A DNA stretch of 64,000 nucleotides, from assembly GCF_009914755.1 (NCBI RefSeq), contig NC_060926.1; one strand, given 5' to 3'. A program made the position numbers and the translations under genes. Numbering within the stretch: position 1 is the stretch's first letter; the number at the start of each line of letters is the position of its first letter. Shown here in pieces: positions 43,644 through 58,982 of the stretch. This DNA is from the human T2T-CHM13v2.0 reference genome, Homo sapiens. The notes beneath the pieces were generated by a model. That model saw only the letters and a program-made list of their open reading frames with translations, did no database searches and was not told the DNA's origin.

Positions 43644-46600
43644 ATGTTTATTTTCTTCTACTAATTTTGGGTTTCGTTTGCTCTTGCTTTTCTTATTCTT
43701 TAAGATGCATCACTAGACTGTTCATTTGAGGCTTTTCCTCTATTTTGATATTGGCGCTTATCATTATAAACTTCCCTGTTAGTACTGCTTTTCCTGTATT
43801 CCATAAATTTTGGAATCTTTTGTTTCTATTATCATTTGTTTCTAGAAATTTTTCAATTTCCTTCTTAATTTTTTCATTGATCCACTGGTTATTCAAGAAC
43901 ATATTTATTAATTTCCACATGTTTGTATAGTTTGCATAACTATACAAATAGTTTTATTCCATTGTGGTCACAGAAGATGCTTGATAATATTTCAATTTTT
44001 TGAATGTTTCAAGACTTGGTTTGTGATCTAACATATGGTCTATCATTGAGAATGATTCATGTGCTGAGGACAAGAATGTGTATTCTGTTGCTCTTGGATG
44101 AAATGTTCTATAAATATCTATTAGACCCATTTGTTTTATAGTGCAGATTAAATCTATTTATTTTGTTGTTGTTGATTTTCTGTCTGGAAGATCTATCCAA
44201 TGCTAAAAGTGGGGTACTGAAGTCTCCAACTATTATTGTATTGGGGCCTATCTCTCTCTATAGCTCTAATAATATTTCTTTTATATATCTGGGTGCTCCA
44301 CTGTTGGATGCACGTATATTTAAAATTGTTATATCTTCCTGCTGAATTGACTGCTTTTTCATTGTATAGTGACATTGTTTGTGTCTTATAATTTTTGTCT
44401 TGAAATCCATTCTGTCCACTATAAATATAGCTACTCTTGTTCTTTTTTGGTTTCCATTGGCATGGAATATCTTTTTCCATCCCTTTATTTTCAGCCTATA
44501 TGTGTCTTTATAGGTGAAGTGCATTTCCTGTAGGCAACAGATCAATGAGTCCTGTTTATTCATCCATTCAGCCAGGCTATGTCTTTTGATAAGATAGTTT
44601 AGTCTATTTACATTCAATGTTATTACTGATAAGTAAGGACTGACTACTGCCATTTTGTTATTCGTTTTCTGGTCTTCTCTTCCTTCCTTCTTTCCTTCCT
44701 GTCTTCCTCTAGTGAAGGTGGAAGGTGGAAATCATATCATCATATCATCATAAATCATATCATCTCTCATGATATGATTTAGTTTCTTGATTTTATTTTT
44801 TTGATATCCATTGTATATTTTTTGATTTGAGGCTACCATGAGGCTTGAGAGTACTACCTTATAATCCAATGCTATAATTTGTTAATAACACAATGCTATT
44901 TGCATAATCAAATGAGCAAGCAAAAGGAAAACTAATAAAAAGTTTTTGCCTCAAATTTGTCCCCCTGCTTTTGATATTGTTGTTGTTTCTATTTATATTT
45001 TATTGTACTGACTATGTCTTGAAAAGTTGTTGTAGTTATTATTTTTGATTGGTTCATTGTTTAGTTTTTCTACTTAGGATACGAGTTGTTTACACATTAC
45101 AGTTACAGTGTTATAATATTCTGTGTTTTTCTGTGTGTCTACTGTTACCAGTGAGTTTTCTACCTTTAGGTGACTACTTATTGGTCATTAATGTCCTTTT
45201 CTTTCTGATTGAAATACTGCGTTTAGAATTTCTTATATGATAGGTCTGGTATTGATAAAATCCCTCAGCTTTTCTTTGTCTGAGAAAGTATTTCTCCTTC
45301 ATGTTTGAAGACTATACAGATATACTGTTCTAGGGTAAAAGACTAGAAGACTAACAGATATACTGTTCTAGGGTAAAAGTTTTTTTTTCCCTTTTTTCCT
45401 CTTCAGCAATATAAATAGGTCATGCCACTCTCTGCCAGCCTACAAAGTTTCCACTGAAAAGTCTTCTGCCAGACATATTGTCACTCCACTGTATGTTATT
45501 TGTTTGCTTTCTCTTGATGATTTTAGGACCTTTGGGGGTTTGATTATTAAATTATTTGAGGTAGTCTTCTTTCAGTTAAATCTGTTCAGTGTTCTGTAAT
45601 CCTGTTGTACTTGGACATAGGTATCTTTCTCTAAGTTTGGGAAGTCTCTGTTATTATCACTTTAAATAAACTTTCTATTTCTATCTCTTTCTTTACATTC
45701 TCTTTAAGGTCAGTAGCTCTTAAATTTTCCCTTTTGAGGCTATTTCCTAGATCTTGTAGGCATGATTTATTGTTTTGCATTCTTTTGTCTCCTCTGACTG
45801 TGTATTTTCTGTGTATGTGTGTGTGTGTTTGTGTCTGCATATTTTCAAATAGCCTGTCTTCAAGCTCACTAATTCTTTCTTCTGCTTGACCCATTCTATT
45901 AAAAGACTCTAAGGCATTTTTCAGTATGCCAACTGCATTTATCAGCTCCAGAATTTCTGCTTGATTCTTTTTAACAATTCCAATCTATTGATTAGAGTTA
46001 TGAATTCCTTCTCTGTGTTATTTTGAATTTAAGCTTCCTCAACACAGCTATTTTGAATTCTCAGTCTGAGAGGCCACACATCTCTGTTACTTCAGGATTA
46101 GTCCCTGTTGCCTTATTTATTTTCTTTGGTGAGGTCATGTTTTCCTGGATAGTGTTGATGCTTATAGATGTCCTTCACTGTCTGTTCATTGAAGAGTTAG
46201 GTATTTATTGAAGTCTTCACTGTCTGGGCTTATTTGTAGCCATCCTTCTTGGGAAGGCTTTCCAGATATTTGAAAGGACTTAGGTGTATTGATTTAAGCT
46301 CTATCTGCTGTAGAGCACACCTGAAGCCCAATAATGTCGTGCTTGCAAACTCCTAAAGGTACTGCCTTGATGATCTTGGAAAAGATCCAAGAGAATTCTC
46401 TGGATTACTAGGCAGACACTCTTGTTCTCTTCTCTTACTTTCTCCCAGACATACAGAGTCTCTTTCTCTGTCTCTGTTCTGATCCACCTAAATTTGGGGT
46501 GGATTGACACAAGTCCCCCTGCAGCCACCACCACTATGACTAGGCTGGGTCAGATCTGAAGCCAGCACAGCACTAAGTCTTGCCCAAGGCCTTCTGTAAC

Positions 46601-47096
46601 CACTTCCTGGCTGCTGTCAATGTTTCCTCAAGGCCCCAACTCTCTACCATCAGCAGGTAGCAAAGCCAGTTAGGCTTATTTCTTTCCTTCAGAGTAGTGA
46701 GGTCTCCCAGGTCCCATGTGGGTCCAGAAGTACCATCCAAGGGTCAGGAACTAGAGTAAAAAACCAAAAAAGTTTACCCAATATTCTACTGTATTTTGGC
46801 TGAATTCACAAACAAACTACAAGATACAGTCCTTCTCACTCTTTTTCCCCTTTCCAAGGACAGAGGAGTCTCACCCTGTATCTTCCATGACCCCAGGCCA
46901 CAAGAAGTACATCTAGACTACCATGGATGTTACCTTAAGGCCCAGGGTCTCTTAAGTCAGCTTCCAGTGAATGCTGCCTAGCCTGGTACTTACCCTTTAG
47001 GAAGGTGGACTCCCTTCTGGCCCAGGACAGGTCCAAAAATGCCATCAAAGAGTCACATCCTGGAATCAGGGACACTCAAGAGCCTGCTTATTGCTC

Positions 47097-49349
47097 TGTA
47101 TTAGTTCGTTTTCACACTGCTGATAAAGACATACCTGAGACTGGGCAATTTACAAAAGAAAGAGGTTTATTGGAATTACAGTTACGCGTGCCTGGAGAGG
47201 CCTCACAAGCACAGTGGATGGTGAAAGTCACACCTCACATGGAGGCAGACAAGAGAAGAGAGCTTGTGAAGGGAACTCCTCTTTTTAAAACCATCAGATC
47301 TCATAAGACTTATTCACTATCACAAGAACAGCACAGGAAAGACTTACCCTATGATTCAATAACCTTCCACCAGGTCCCTCCCACAACATGTGGGAATTCA
47401 AGATGAGATTTGGGTGAGGACGCAGTCAAACCATATCTTTCTGCACCTGGCCCCTCTCAAATCTGATGTCCTCACATTTCAGAACAAATCATGCCTTCCC
47501 AACTGTCCCCCAAAGTCTTAATTCATTTCAGCATTAACTCAAAAGTCCACAGCTCAAAGTCTCACCTGAGACAAGGCAAGTCCCTTTCACCTATGAGCCT
47601 GTAAAATCAAAAGAAAGTTAGTTACTTCCTAGATACAATGGGGCTACAGGCATTGGGTAAATACAGACATTCCAAAAGGGAGAAATTGGCCAAAGCAAAG
47701 GGGTTACATGCCCCATGCAAGTCCAAAGTCCAGCATGGCAGTCATATCTTAAAGTTCCAAAATGATCTCTTTGACTCCATGTCTCACATCCAGGTTATGC
47801 TGATGCAAGAGATGGGCTCCCATGGCCTTGGGCAGTGGCTTTGCAGGTTAAAGGCTCCCTCCTGGCTACTTTCACGGGCTGGTGTTGAGTGTCTGAGGCT
47901 TTTCCAGGTGCACAGTGTAAACTGCAGGTGCATCCACCATTGTGGGGTCTGGAGGATGATGGCCCTCTTCTCACAGCTCCACTAGGTGGTGCCCCAGTAG
48001 GGACTCTCTGTGGGGCCTCAGACCACACGTTTCCCTTCTGCACTGCCCTAGCAGAGGTTCCCCATGAGGGCCCCACCCCTTCAGCAAACATCTGCCTGGG
48101 CATCCAGATGTTTCCATAAATCTCTGAAATCTAGGCAGAGGTTCTGAAACCTCAATTCTTGACTTCTGTGCATCCTCAGGCTCAATACCACATGGAAGCT
48201 GCGAAGGTTCAGGGTTTCCACCCTCTGAAGCAACAGCCAGGGCTGTACTTTGGCCCCTTTTAGTCATGGCTGTAGCAGCTGGAATGCACGGCACCAAGTC
48301 TCCAGGCTGCACACAGCAGAGGGATCCTGGGCTGGGCCCATGAAAACCATTTTTTTCCTCCTAAACCTCCAGGCCTGTGATGGGAGGGGCTGCCACAAAG
48401 GTCTCTGACATGGCCTGGAGACATTTTCCCCATCGTCTTGGTGATTAACATTCAGCTCCTCATTACTTATGCAAATTTCTGCAGCCAGCTTGAATTTCTC
48501 CTCAGAAAATGGATTTTCTTTTCTATTGCATTACCAGGCTGCAAATTTTCCAAACTTTTGTGCTCTGTTTCCCTTTTAAAACTGAATGCCTTAAACAGCA
48601 CCCAAGTCACCTCTTGAATGCTTTGCTGCTTAAAAATTTATTCCACCAGATACCCTAAGTCATCTCTCTCAAGTTCATAGTTCCACAAAACTCTAGGGCA
48701 GGGGCAAAATGCCACCAGTCTCTTTGCTAAAATATAACAAGAGTCACCTTTCCTCTAGTTCCTTACAAGTTCCTCATCTCCATCTGAGACCACTTCAGCC
48801 TGGATTTCATTGTCCACAACACTATCTACATTTTGGTCAAAGCCATTCAACAAGTCTCTAGAGGTTCCAATCTTTCCCACATTTTCCTGTCTTCTTATGA
48901 GCCCTCCAAACTGTTCCAACCCCTGCCTGTTACCCAGTTCCAAACTCACTTCCACATTTTCAGGTATCTTTACAGCAGTGCCCCACTCTACTGGTACAAT
49001 TTACTATATTAGTCTGTTTTCACACTACTGATAAAGACATACCTGATGCTGGGCAATTTACAAAACAAAGAGGTTTATAGGACTTACAGTTCCACATGGC
49101 TGGGAAGGTCTCACAATCATGGTGGAAAGTAAAAGTCACGTCTCATATGGCGGCAGACAAGAGAAGAGAACTTGTGCAGGGAAATTCCCCTTTTTAAAAC
49201 CATCATTATCTCATGAGACTTATTCACTATCACAAGAACAGCATGGGAAAGATTTGCCCCCATGATTCAATTACCTCCCACTGTGTCCCCCCCACAACAT
49301 ATGTGAATTCAAGATGAGATTTGGATGGGGTCACAGCCAAACCATATCA
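47097..49349 (-). mobile_element. Complete THE1A-type MaLR element: LTRs 47097-47438 and 49005-49349, internal region ~1.57 kb
   Basis: Two direct LTRs (tgtattag...aaaccatatc); THE1-int sequence between them; degenerate TSD ttgctc/gtgctt. Confidence 0.93.
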
Positions 49350-50507
49350 GTGCTTCCATCCCACTGTGGCTGTGCTGGTAGCTAAAGTGCAAGACAAAGT
49401 CCTGTTTACTTTTCCCTCTGCTTTTCTCAAGAAGGAAGAGTTTTGTCCTGTAGCCACTACAGCTGGTAATGTTCTGAGTCTCACCTGTAGCCAGCAAGTC
49501 TCAGAGACTCACCCAAGGCCCTTGATGTAGTACTTGGGTATTGCTGCTGGTTATTCAGGAATCAAGGGATTTCAGTTAGCAGGTGATAAATGCTGCCAGG
49601 ACTGGGTCCTTTCCTTCAAGGCAATGTGTTCCCTTCTAGCATAAGGTGTGTCTAGAAATGTTGTCCTGGAGGTAGGTCCTGGAAGGGGGGACCTTACAAT
49701 TCTGACCAGTGCTCCATCCTGCTTTGGCTGAGTTGGTATTCTAGATGCAACACAAAGTAATCCCTACTCTTCCCTCTCCTCTCCTCAAGCAGAAGGAAGG
49801 GGTCTCTTTTGGACCCATGACCTGTGCAGGCTGGGGTTAGTGGAAGGGTGATGCCAGCCCTCCTTTGGCTGCCCTAGCATGTGTCTCAGTAGGTCGCATG
49901 CCCCCAAAGTCCACCATTTCTGGGCCTAGTTCAGCATTAGGGCTTGACTAAGAGTTGCATTTCTTATGGCCTACACTGTCTTTCAAGTTTACTTGGAGAC
50001 ACAGAATGCTGTAGCCTTCAGTGGCAGGGCTTGCGGGCACTCACGTTCTGACCTATGGGATCAGTGATTGCCCTCTGGCTAGGACTGGTTTAAATTATCC
50101 CTCCATGGGCTTGCATCAGCTGAGTTTGATCTGGTTTTCCTTCCTGCTATAACAGGCCAGCACTGAGTTCACTGCCTCACAATTGCTGTGCTCTCCCTCC
50201 CTAATGCCCGGAGATACTCTGCACATCATGCCTCTGCTGGGAGTGGGCAGGGGGTTTGACAGGGGTGGTAGATGCCATTGGTGATTCAGGACTGTTTTTT
50301 CTATCTCTTCAGAGTATTTTCCAGTGATATGAAGTTAAAATCAGGTATACCAGTGCTCACCTGATTTTTGGTTCCCATGAAGGTGTTTTTCTGTGTAGAT
50401 AGTTGTTAACTTGGTGTCCTTGTGGGATGGATGACTGGTGGAGCTTTCTCCTCCCCCATGTTGCTCCACCTCCCTCCATGTTAGAATATAAGCCATGCAA
50501 AAGCAGG

Positions 50508-50934
50508 TACATTAGTTTCCTGGGTGGCTTGAAAGAAGAGAAAGCTGTTTTCTCAGAGTTCTGCAGGCCAGAAATCCAGAATCAAGGTGTGGTACAGTTG
50601 GTTTTCTCTGGAGGCTCTGAGGAAGAATTGGTTCCATGACTCTGTCATAGCTTCTGCTTGCTGCTGACAGTTTTTGGCATTCTTTGGTTTGGGGCTTTGC
50701 CTTTGTCTTCATGTGGCTTTCTTGTATCTGTGTCTTTGTGTCATCTCTTCTGTCTCTTAAAAGGACATTCTTAAGAAAGCCATAAATAATTGTATTTAGG
50801 GCTCACCCTAATCCAGGATGATCTCATCTTGAAGTCCTTGCGGTATTTACATCTTCAAAGACCCTTATTACAAGTAAGTTACACACTTATTCAGGGTGGA
50901 CTTACCTTTCCAGGTTACAATTCAACTCACTACT
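50508..50934 (-). mobile_element. MLT1B/C solo LTR
   Basis: 'aatcaaggtgt...ggaggctctgagg...caccctaatccaggatgatctcatctt'; TSD gcagg/gaagg. Confidence 0.85.
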
Positions 50935-51117
50935 GAAGGTAGAATTTTCCTGTTGTTTTCACTGCTGCATCCCGAGCACCTGGACCAGAGCCTAGAATGT
51001 AGTAAATTCTCAGCAAATATTTGTTGAATGGAGGCACTGATGGCCTAAAACATGCCAGACACTGAACTAGGCACTGAGAGCATTGCAATTTAACTATTCC
51101 CTATTCCCTAAGTATAA

Positions 51118-51535
<418 letters not shown>

Positions 51536-52522
51536 TCAATTTTGTGTATATAGCTGGTGATACACAAATAATAGATATATGAATGGGTAAGAGATTCGTT
51601 TGGGATCACTGTTGATTTGGTTTATCTTGCCTCGCAAGCAACCTGTTCATCCTTCCTTCCCTGCTTGGTTTCTTCTTTTTGGAAGATTCACTCTTTCCAA
51701 AAGAGGATGGCATTTTTATGTCCCAGAAAACTATTTTTTATTCGAGAGCATATTACAAAATCTTATATATAAATGCTATTATCTTTAACTGTATTCTATT
51801 CATGCTTTCTGCTATTTATATGCCAAAAACTTGTAATAATTTGAATGGGCAAAATCAAAAATTAGAAAAAAAGAAGATAGGTCAGAGCCTTTTACAAATG
51901 ATTTATTCCTTTTTCCCCATAAATGTTTGATTAAAATGCCAAAGACCTTAATTTGTCTATTTTAATTCACATCAAAAAAGCATTCCCCAAATTGCCTATT
52001 TCCTGTGTGATCTCCGTAAATCAGGAAAAGTATTCAGGTCTTCCACTGTGAATGTTACATAGAATTGATAGAACAACCTCTTTTTTGTTATGTGGTACTC
52101 AACTCACTCACCATTTAGTTACTTAATTAAACAATAAATTTAGAGTCAAGGAATATGTTTAGAATGAAGATTCACTCACATATTTTCAGAACAAAATTTA
52201 ACAACCCACATGCTCCTGAACAAAATCTCACTGGTGAAAAAGAGGTAGGAAATGGTTTATAGAATTTGATGTCTGCTGTCTTATGTTCATTTTTTTGCTT
52301 TTTAAGTTATTTTATGCCTGGAATATGCAATTAAAGGATTTTTTTTGACCTTTATATACATTATAAATATTAGAAAACATATATAAAAATATACATTATA
52401 GTCCTTCTCTCTACACCACTAGCAACCACTCCCACTCACTTACTTAAACTAGAACATCATATACGACATTTTCAGATGAAAACCTTAGGTCCAGGAGACT
52501 TAACTCTTTTGCTAGTGCCTAA

Positions 52523-52557
52523 ACACACACACACACACACACACGCACACACACACT
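52523..52557. repeat. (CA)n microsatellite
   Basis: Directly visible, one CG interruption. Confidence 0.92.
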
Positions 52558-54329
52558 CTGACACACATGCTAAGTTACTGATTTAATAGCAGAAAAATTG
52601 CATCTTTATACAGAAGTGAAATTATGTAAAAATGGACTATCCAATTCTACAATGGCAACTATCATATATGAAATGGCTCTATCATATACTAAACACTCAG
52701 TATTCAAAAACAAAACAACTAAGGAGTTTACTCAATTGAAAAAGATCTGTGAGAAAAAAAAGAACCTATTATAGACTGACTGATTGGTTACCAGGGTCAC
52801 AGGCCTGAGTTGTAGCAAAGTCTTATAGCTTCAAGAATGGCATCCAGCTGCTTTCTTCGGTATGGGTGTCATTATTTTTAGCAAAAGAAACCTTTTCACC
52901 CTTGGTCACGTCAAAGCACAAAGAATTCCATAAATCAGTGCCAGGCTTGTTTTTAGTCCTAAATACCTGACCATATATATATTTAGGTCATGTAAATTTT
53001 ATTGCCTTGTGTTCAGAGTAAGAATTTAGAAGATTCAAGTGGACTTTTAAAATGCAAAAAAACAAAAACAAACAAAAAACACTCTTTTCTGCTTTTCTCT
53101 GTCCTAAAATTTCTTTTAGTTTAGGCAATGAAATTAGACTAGTCAGTTTAATTCTTATTGCTAGTCAGTTTCTCCTCTTAGATTCCAGGGAACAAGCCCA
53201 AGCTACAAAATTTCTACTGAAAACACTGTAAGAAGTGCTTAAAACCAGACTCTAAAAAGCATATAAAAAGAAACTTTATCACAAGCTTTATAAATTTAAA
53301 AAAGACTAATTATGTTTTCCTTAATTCTGAAAGCATGTCCTTTTGTCATTGAGAAATATTTGAAATTCCTCAATAATCTTGGGTTCACAAATGGAAACAT
53401 TTGGTTGTATTTGGTTCACGAGCTTACAGGAGCCTGTCTGCTTTTAGTTCTGTGTAATTAGAATGTACAGATTTGACATCAAATGTGCTATACTGTAGGT
53501 ACAACAAAAAGAACTCAAAACAAATGTGCAAAAGGTTGGATGCAATTTAGACCATAATGTTCTAGAAGTAGAGTGAGAAAAAATTAACAAGCCATGTGAA
53601 ATTCCTTGCATCTATAAAACAGATAAACACACTAACCAGCATTTAGGACTTGGCAATGATCTCATTCTGACCAATACAGAAGGCCTGGTTAAGAGAATCA
53701 GATCCCAAACTTCACATTAATGGTAATTATTTACCCTGTTCCCAGATCAGTTTAGCTGGATGATTTCCAATTTGCATGTGACTATGTCCTGTCTAGTCAT
53801 ACAAAATTCATACTAAATTGATGAGCTATGAATTAATTGGTGAACAAAACTGACTGAACTGACCAAACCATTTAGATATATATTAAAAGAATGTAAGAAA
53901 CTAACAAATAAACATACAAGGAAAAAATACTGAAAACTTTCTAAATAAGTAGCTCATGTTTCAACCTTTCTCTAACCTCAAAGTTATTAATTATGTGGGC
54001 AAAATAAAGATTTATTTTCTCAATCAACATAGCTGTTCATGGCTGATACCCCTCTAACAATACACAGATTAACAAAAGAAAAATATACAAATTAATTTAA
54101 TATAAGTTTAACTTGATGAGATTCCTTTAGAAAGGAAGAGGCAAGGAAACAGAGGAACTGGTGTATTTTTATGCTAATTTTGATGAAGAAATAGATAGTT
54201 ATGAAGAAATATGAGAGGAGGACAAAAGTGATATGATCAAATGATAATAAACTAAGGGAAATTTAGCAAGGCCTGTTTGTTCAGATTCTTTGTAATATCT
54301 TTGTATATGATAAAGATGTTCACTACTTA

Positions 54330-54634
54330 ACTAAGATAATGAAAGAAGAGATTAATGTGTGGATTACCGGGACCAACAAAATAAGCATTGCCCAATGTAG
54401 AGGACTCACTAGAAAAGGAAACTAGGCATTACAAAGAAGCAAGTGGAACAGAGAGTAAAAAGTAAATTCTCCTAATTATTTTGGTTATTTTGTGATATAT
54501 GTCTGACAATTTGATTGCAGAGTTACATTCTCTTTCATAAGTAAAAATGAATGTGTAATTATTTTACATCGATTTAACTTATTATAAAATTTAAGAACTA
54601 AAACAAAAACAAATAAACAAAAGAAAACAACAAA
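54330..54634 (+). pseudogene. 5'-truncated retrocopy of an unidentified polyadenylated RNA, or an orphan L1 3' transduction
   Basis: ~270 bp of non-repeat-like sequence plus an A-rich tail (54600-54637); 18-bp TSD, 16/18 identical; the host LTR resumes after it. Confidence 0.7.
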
Positions 54635-54684
54635 AAATATGTTCACTTCTTACCAATATAGTAAGGGTGCCTCTGGAATGAAAG

Positions 54685-54986
<302 letters not shown>

Positions 54987-57900
54987 ACCTTCAGGGAAGA
55001 AGGCTGAAGAGAATGTGAGAGTGATCCTCCTGGTTCTGCTGTCTTCTCCTATGCCAAGGTGCCTTATTTTGGGGTAACTTGTCCTGAACCCCATCAGTTA
55101 CATGTACAAATTATAGCTTTTTGCATAAAGCCCTAGAGACCTAATTTTTTACAAGACCCAATGTAAAAAATTATGTTATATGCAGATAAAAGAATGACAA
55201 AGAAAGGAGAAGAAAGGAAAAATTTTAGTTTAAAAATATTTCTGAACTATTGAATGGTTTATTAACTCTCATTGTAGTAAAAGCTACAATATTTGAGACT
55301 ATCCTCCAAGGCAGGTTTCTTAAACAAAGTCCATTTTTTTACTAAAGGATTGAGAATTTAGCTTTGGAATTGAGAGGACAATTTGAGAAAAATGTTTTCT
55401 GGTGATATTTCAGGAGAAAATATGGGTCAGAAAAATGTGGGAACTGATATTCACAGTGAAAATTATCAACACTTCAATCTAGCACCCACATGTTATTTTT
55501 CTCAGATACCCATGTGTGTTCTTTTGAAAACTCTCCATTTCATGAACAAAGTAAGAGTTGTGTTTATATTTCAATGCTTTATTCCTGCTTTTATGTGTTA
55601 AATGTATATGACATCATGGCTGGGTGTGTCACTATTCCAATACTTAATGACTGCCTGTGATAACTGTGAGAATTTCATTCTTATGGAAGCCACATTGCCA
55701 TCACTTTCCTAATACAGATGAGCCACATGTAAGCAGGAGGGCATTTTCTATAAAACTTCAGTATTAGATATTTATATACTGAGAAAGACAGAGAAAGGCA
55801 AATAAGTGGATTCTTAATTTTAACTTTAAAACCTAATACATTAGACCAGTTATCCTCAGGTAACTATATGTGTAAGTGGACATAGGATTTGAAAATGAAA
55901 AATAGACAAAAGTAAATCAACAAAAGATTGTAAACACGGAAGAAGAAAGTATTTTGGAGCATCAGAGCAGTCATGGGAGGCAGTGCAGGCACCACACAAA
56001 GAGGACTTATGCCTCATATAGTATCAGAAGCTCAATGAAGGCTAAAGTACAAATTTAAACAAAGTTAATTCAACTGGAATCTACCTTCTTTCTGGGCTTT
56101 TCCTCTTCAATTCTGGTCTCTTTTAACAAATTGCTTTTTGGAGCTGAACTGAGCCTATGTCATTATTCTCAACACACATGGTTATGGTGCTCTTCCAGGG
56201 TCCAATAATTATGTCTAAGGGGATATATGGGAAAATGTCCCAAGTTCTGGAAGCTACAGTTCTGCTGAAGAAGTTTAACTGAAATCCTGCCTAAGATGTA
56301 TTGAAAAGTAATTTCACCAGTGGAAGCAGAAAACTGCATCTGTATTAATTAGACCAGGCTGATCTGAGGCAAGATATTCTCAGTACTAACTGATATAAAC
56401 AACTTAAACATGCTGGCAGAATGACTTCAGATGGGAAAGAAAACTCCAAAAGATGAATTTTTAAAAGTTTAACACTTGATTGGGATGAATCGAATTGTTC
56501 TGTATCTTTTTTGCTTTATTATTGAGATGGTTTTTAAAGCAATAACATCTAGTATTTCTCTCTGATTATAAGAACATTAATAATCATTTTAATACCTTAC
56601 AATGAAAATAGAGAAAATCGAAGAGCAAAAAACTAACCACCCCACCCAAAAATTTATAACTTCAATATCTAGAGAAAAACACCCTTAGTATTTTCATGTT
56701 CAGCCTTCTTTCAAATACGATGTATTTCTATACTTTAAGAAATTATTTGGGAAGTTTTATAACACGCTTTTTTACTTAATATATTTTGAACATTTTTCCA
56801 TATCTTTAACTGTTCTTATAAAATGTGATTTTAAAATAACCACATGCATTTACTCCTGTGAACCCAACAATTTATTTACTCAATCCATCATTGATGGGAG
56901 TTTTGGTTGTTCCATTGTTCCTTTTTTGCAATCGTAAATAACATTCTTACTTAAAACTATTTACGTACATGTTAGGTTAAAATCAGATTTCTGATTTCAG
57001 GTGTGTGTAATTTTAAAGGCCTTTAAAAGGGGGCTAGTTGTTTTCCAGAAATCTTGAATGAACTTAAGTCTACACTAGAATGGTGTATACCTGTCTGTTT
57101 CTCCAACCTGATGGAAACATTGGATAATACCCTATAAATATTTTTTTAAAGAAGTTTAAGTTTTGCTCATTTGGTAGGGAAATATGGCATTGTATACCTG
57201 TTTTAAATTGCATTCCTTTTATTAGTAGAACAGTTTGAATATTTAAAAAATGTATTGATTAATCATTTGCATTTTTTCTTTGCAAGTTCGTATTTATTTG
57301 CCTAATTTCCTAATGAAATTTTTGCTTTCTTCTTTGTTTACTTGCCTGAGATTTTGTCATACAATTGAAAATACATTTTCTTATTATTTTTATGTTTCTC
57401 TTACTTCTGCTTGTGGTATTTTTTGATGTTTGCAAGTTCATGTGTATATGTGTTAATGTAGTCAAAACTATCAATGTTTTCCTTTATTTCTTCCTCTTCC
57501 TTTATACCTAGAAAGTTTTTTTCACCCAGTTCATCAAAAGATGAATAATTATTCATCCATATTTTACTCTAAAGCCTAATGGTTTTTAATATTTAATGCT
57601 CTTATCCGTCATGAATTTATTTTGACATGTGGTAGGAAGTACAGATCTAACTTTAATCCCAACTTTTTTTTTTCCAAATAATTAACCTATTCTTGAAGCA
57701 TAATTTACTGAATAATCAGCCCATTCCCTTCAGATCTTAAATGTCACTTCTTATCAGGTACTATAATATTAATTACATATATACATATATGTATTAAAAT
57801 CTATTCTTATACTACTGCTACATTGCTATAATTATTATGATGTCATATATTTTCATATCCAGCAGTGAAAGTCCTTTCTTTTTCTAATCCTTAAAAAATT

Positions 57901-58005
57901 TCTGAATTAGTTTTCCTATTTGAGTTTTCAGGTATATTTTAGAATCACTCTGTCAAGTTAAAAAAGAATTGAGTTGTAATCAATTTCTAAAATCGATATA
58001 GAGGT

Positions 58006-58382
58006 TGTGGTAGGCAGAATAATAACCACCCAAAGATGTTCATGTCCTAATCCCTAGAACCTGTGAATTTGTTACCTTACATGGTAACAGGGATTTTTCT
58101 GCTGTGATTAAATTAAATATCCTGAATCTTTTCCTGGATTATCTGGGTGAGCCAAATGTTACAGCAATTGTCACTTGCTTCTTTATAAGGAAAGCAAATG
58201 GAAAAAGCAAGTGAAGGAATTCTCCTCTGGAGCCTCAAGAAAGAAAGCAGCCCACTAACACCTTGATTTTTGTGACACATTTTGAAACTCTGCTCTCCAG
58301 AACTCTAAGAGAATACATTTGTGTTGCTTTCAACCACAAAATTCACAGTAATCTGTTACAGCAAACATAGAAAACAAATATA
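58006..58382 (+). mobile_element. MLT1D solo LTR with internal deletion
   Basis: tgtggtaggcagaataat...cccaaagatgttcatgtcctaatccc; TSD gaggt/aaggt. Confidence 0.88.
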
Positions 58383-58471
58383 AAGGTAACTGACATTATT
58401 GCAATGCTGTTTTCTTTCAAGAATATGCCACAGCTTTGATTTATATCTTCTTTTATGTCCTCAAGTCAAGG

Positions 58472-58764
<293 letters not shown>

Positions 58765-58982
58765 TAACATGAATGTTCTGTATTTCTTGTGAAGTTAGCT
58801 CTTAATAATTTAGGCACAATAGGTGCTATTCTTAATGAGGTGTCTTATCTTAAGTGGTCTTTATGGTACAAAGGAAAGTCATTGCTACCTTTATTAGTCT
58901 GTTTCTATTCCTCAACTGATTTATCTTTGTTTTATTTGCATATCTTGATTTTCTGTTTTTCTTTTTAAAATTCCTGTTTTTT

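Noticed and set aside
47638-48451. Overlapping ORFs in the THE1 internal region
   Set aside because: Broken remnants of the MaLR internal sequence; no intact long ORF.
47188-49108. PRDM9 hotspot 13-mer (CCNCCNTNNCCNC) expected in THE1A/B LTRs
   Set aside because: The equivalent positions read CCTCTCCAGGCAC (47188-47200) and CCTTCCCAGCCAT (49096-49108) on the minus strand; neither matches.
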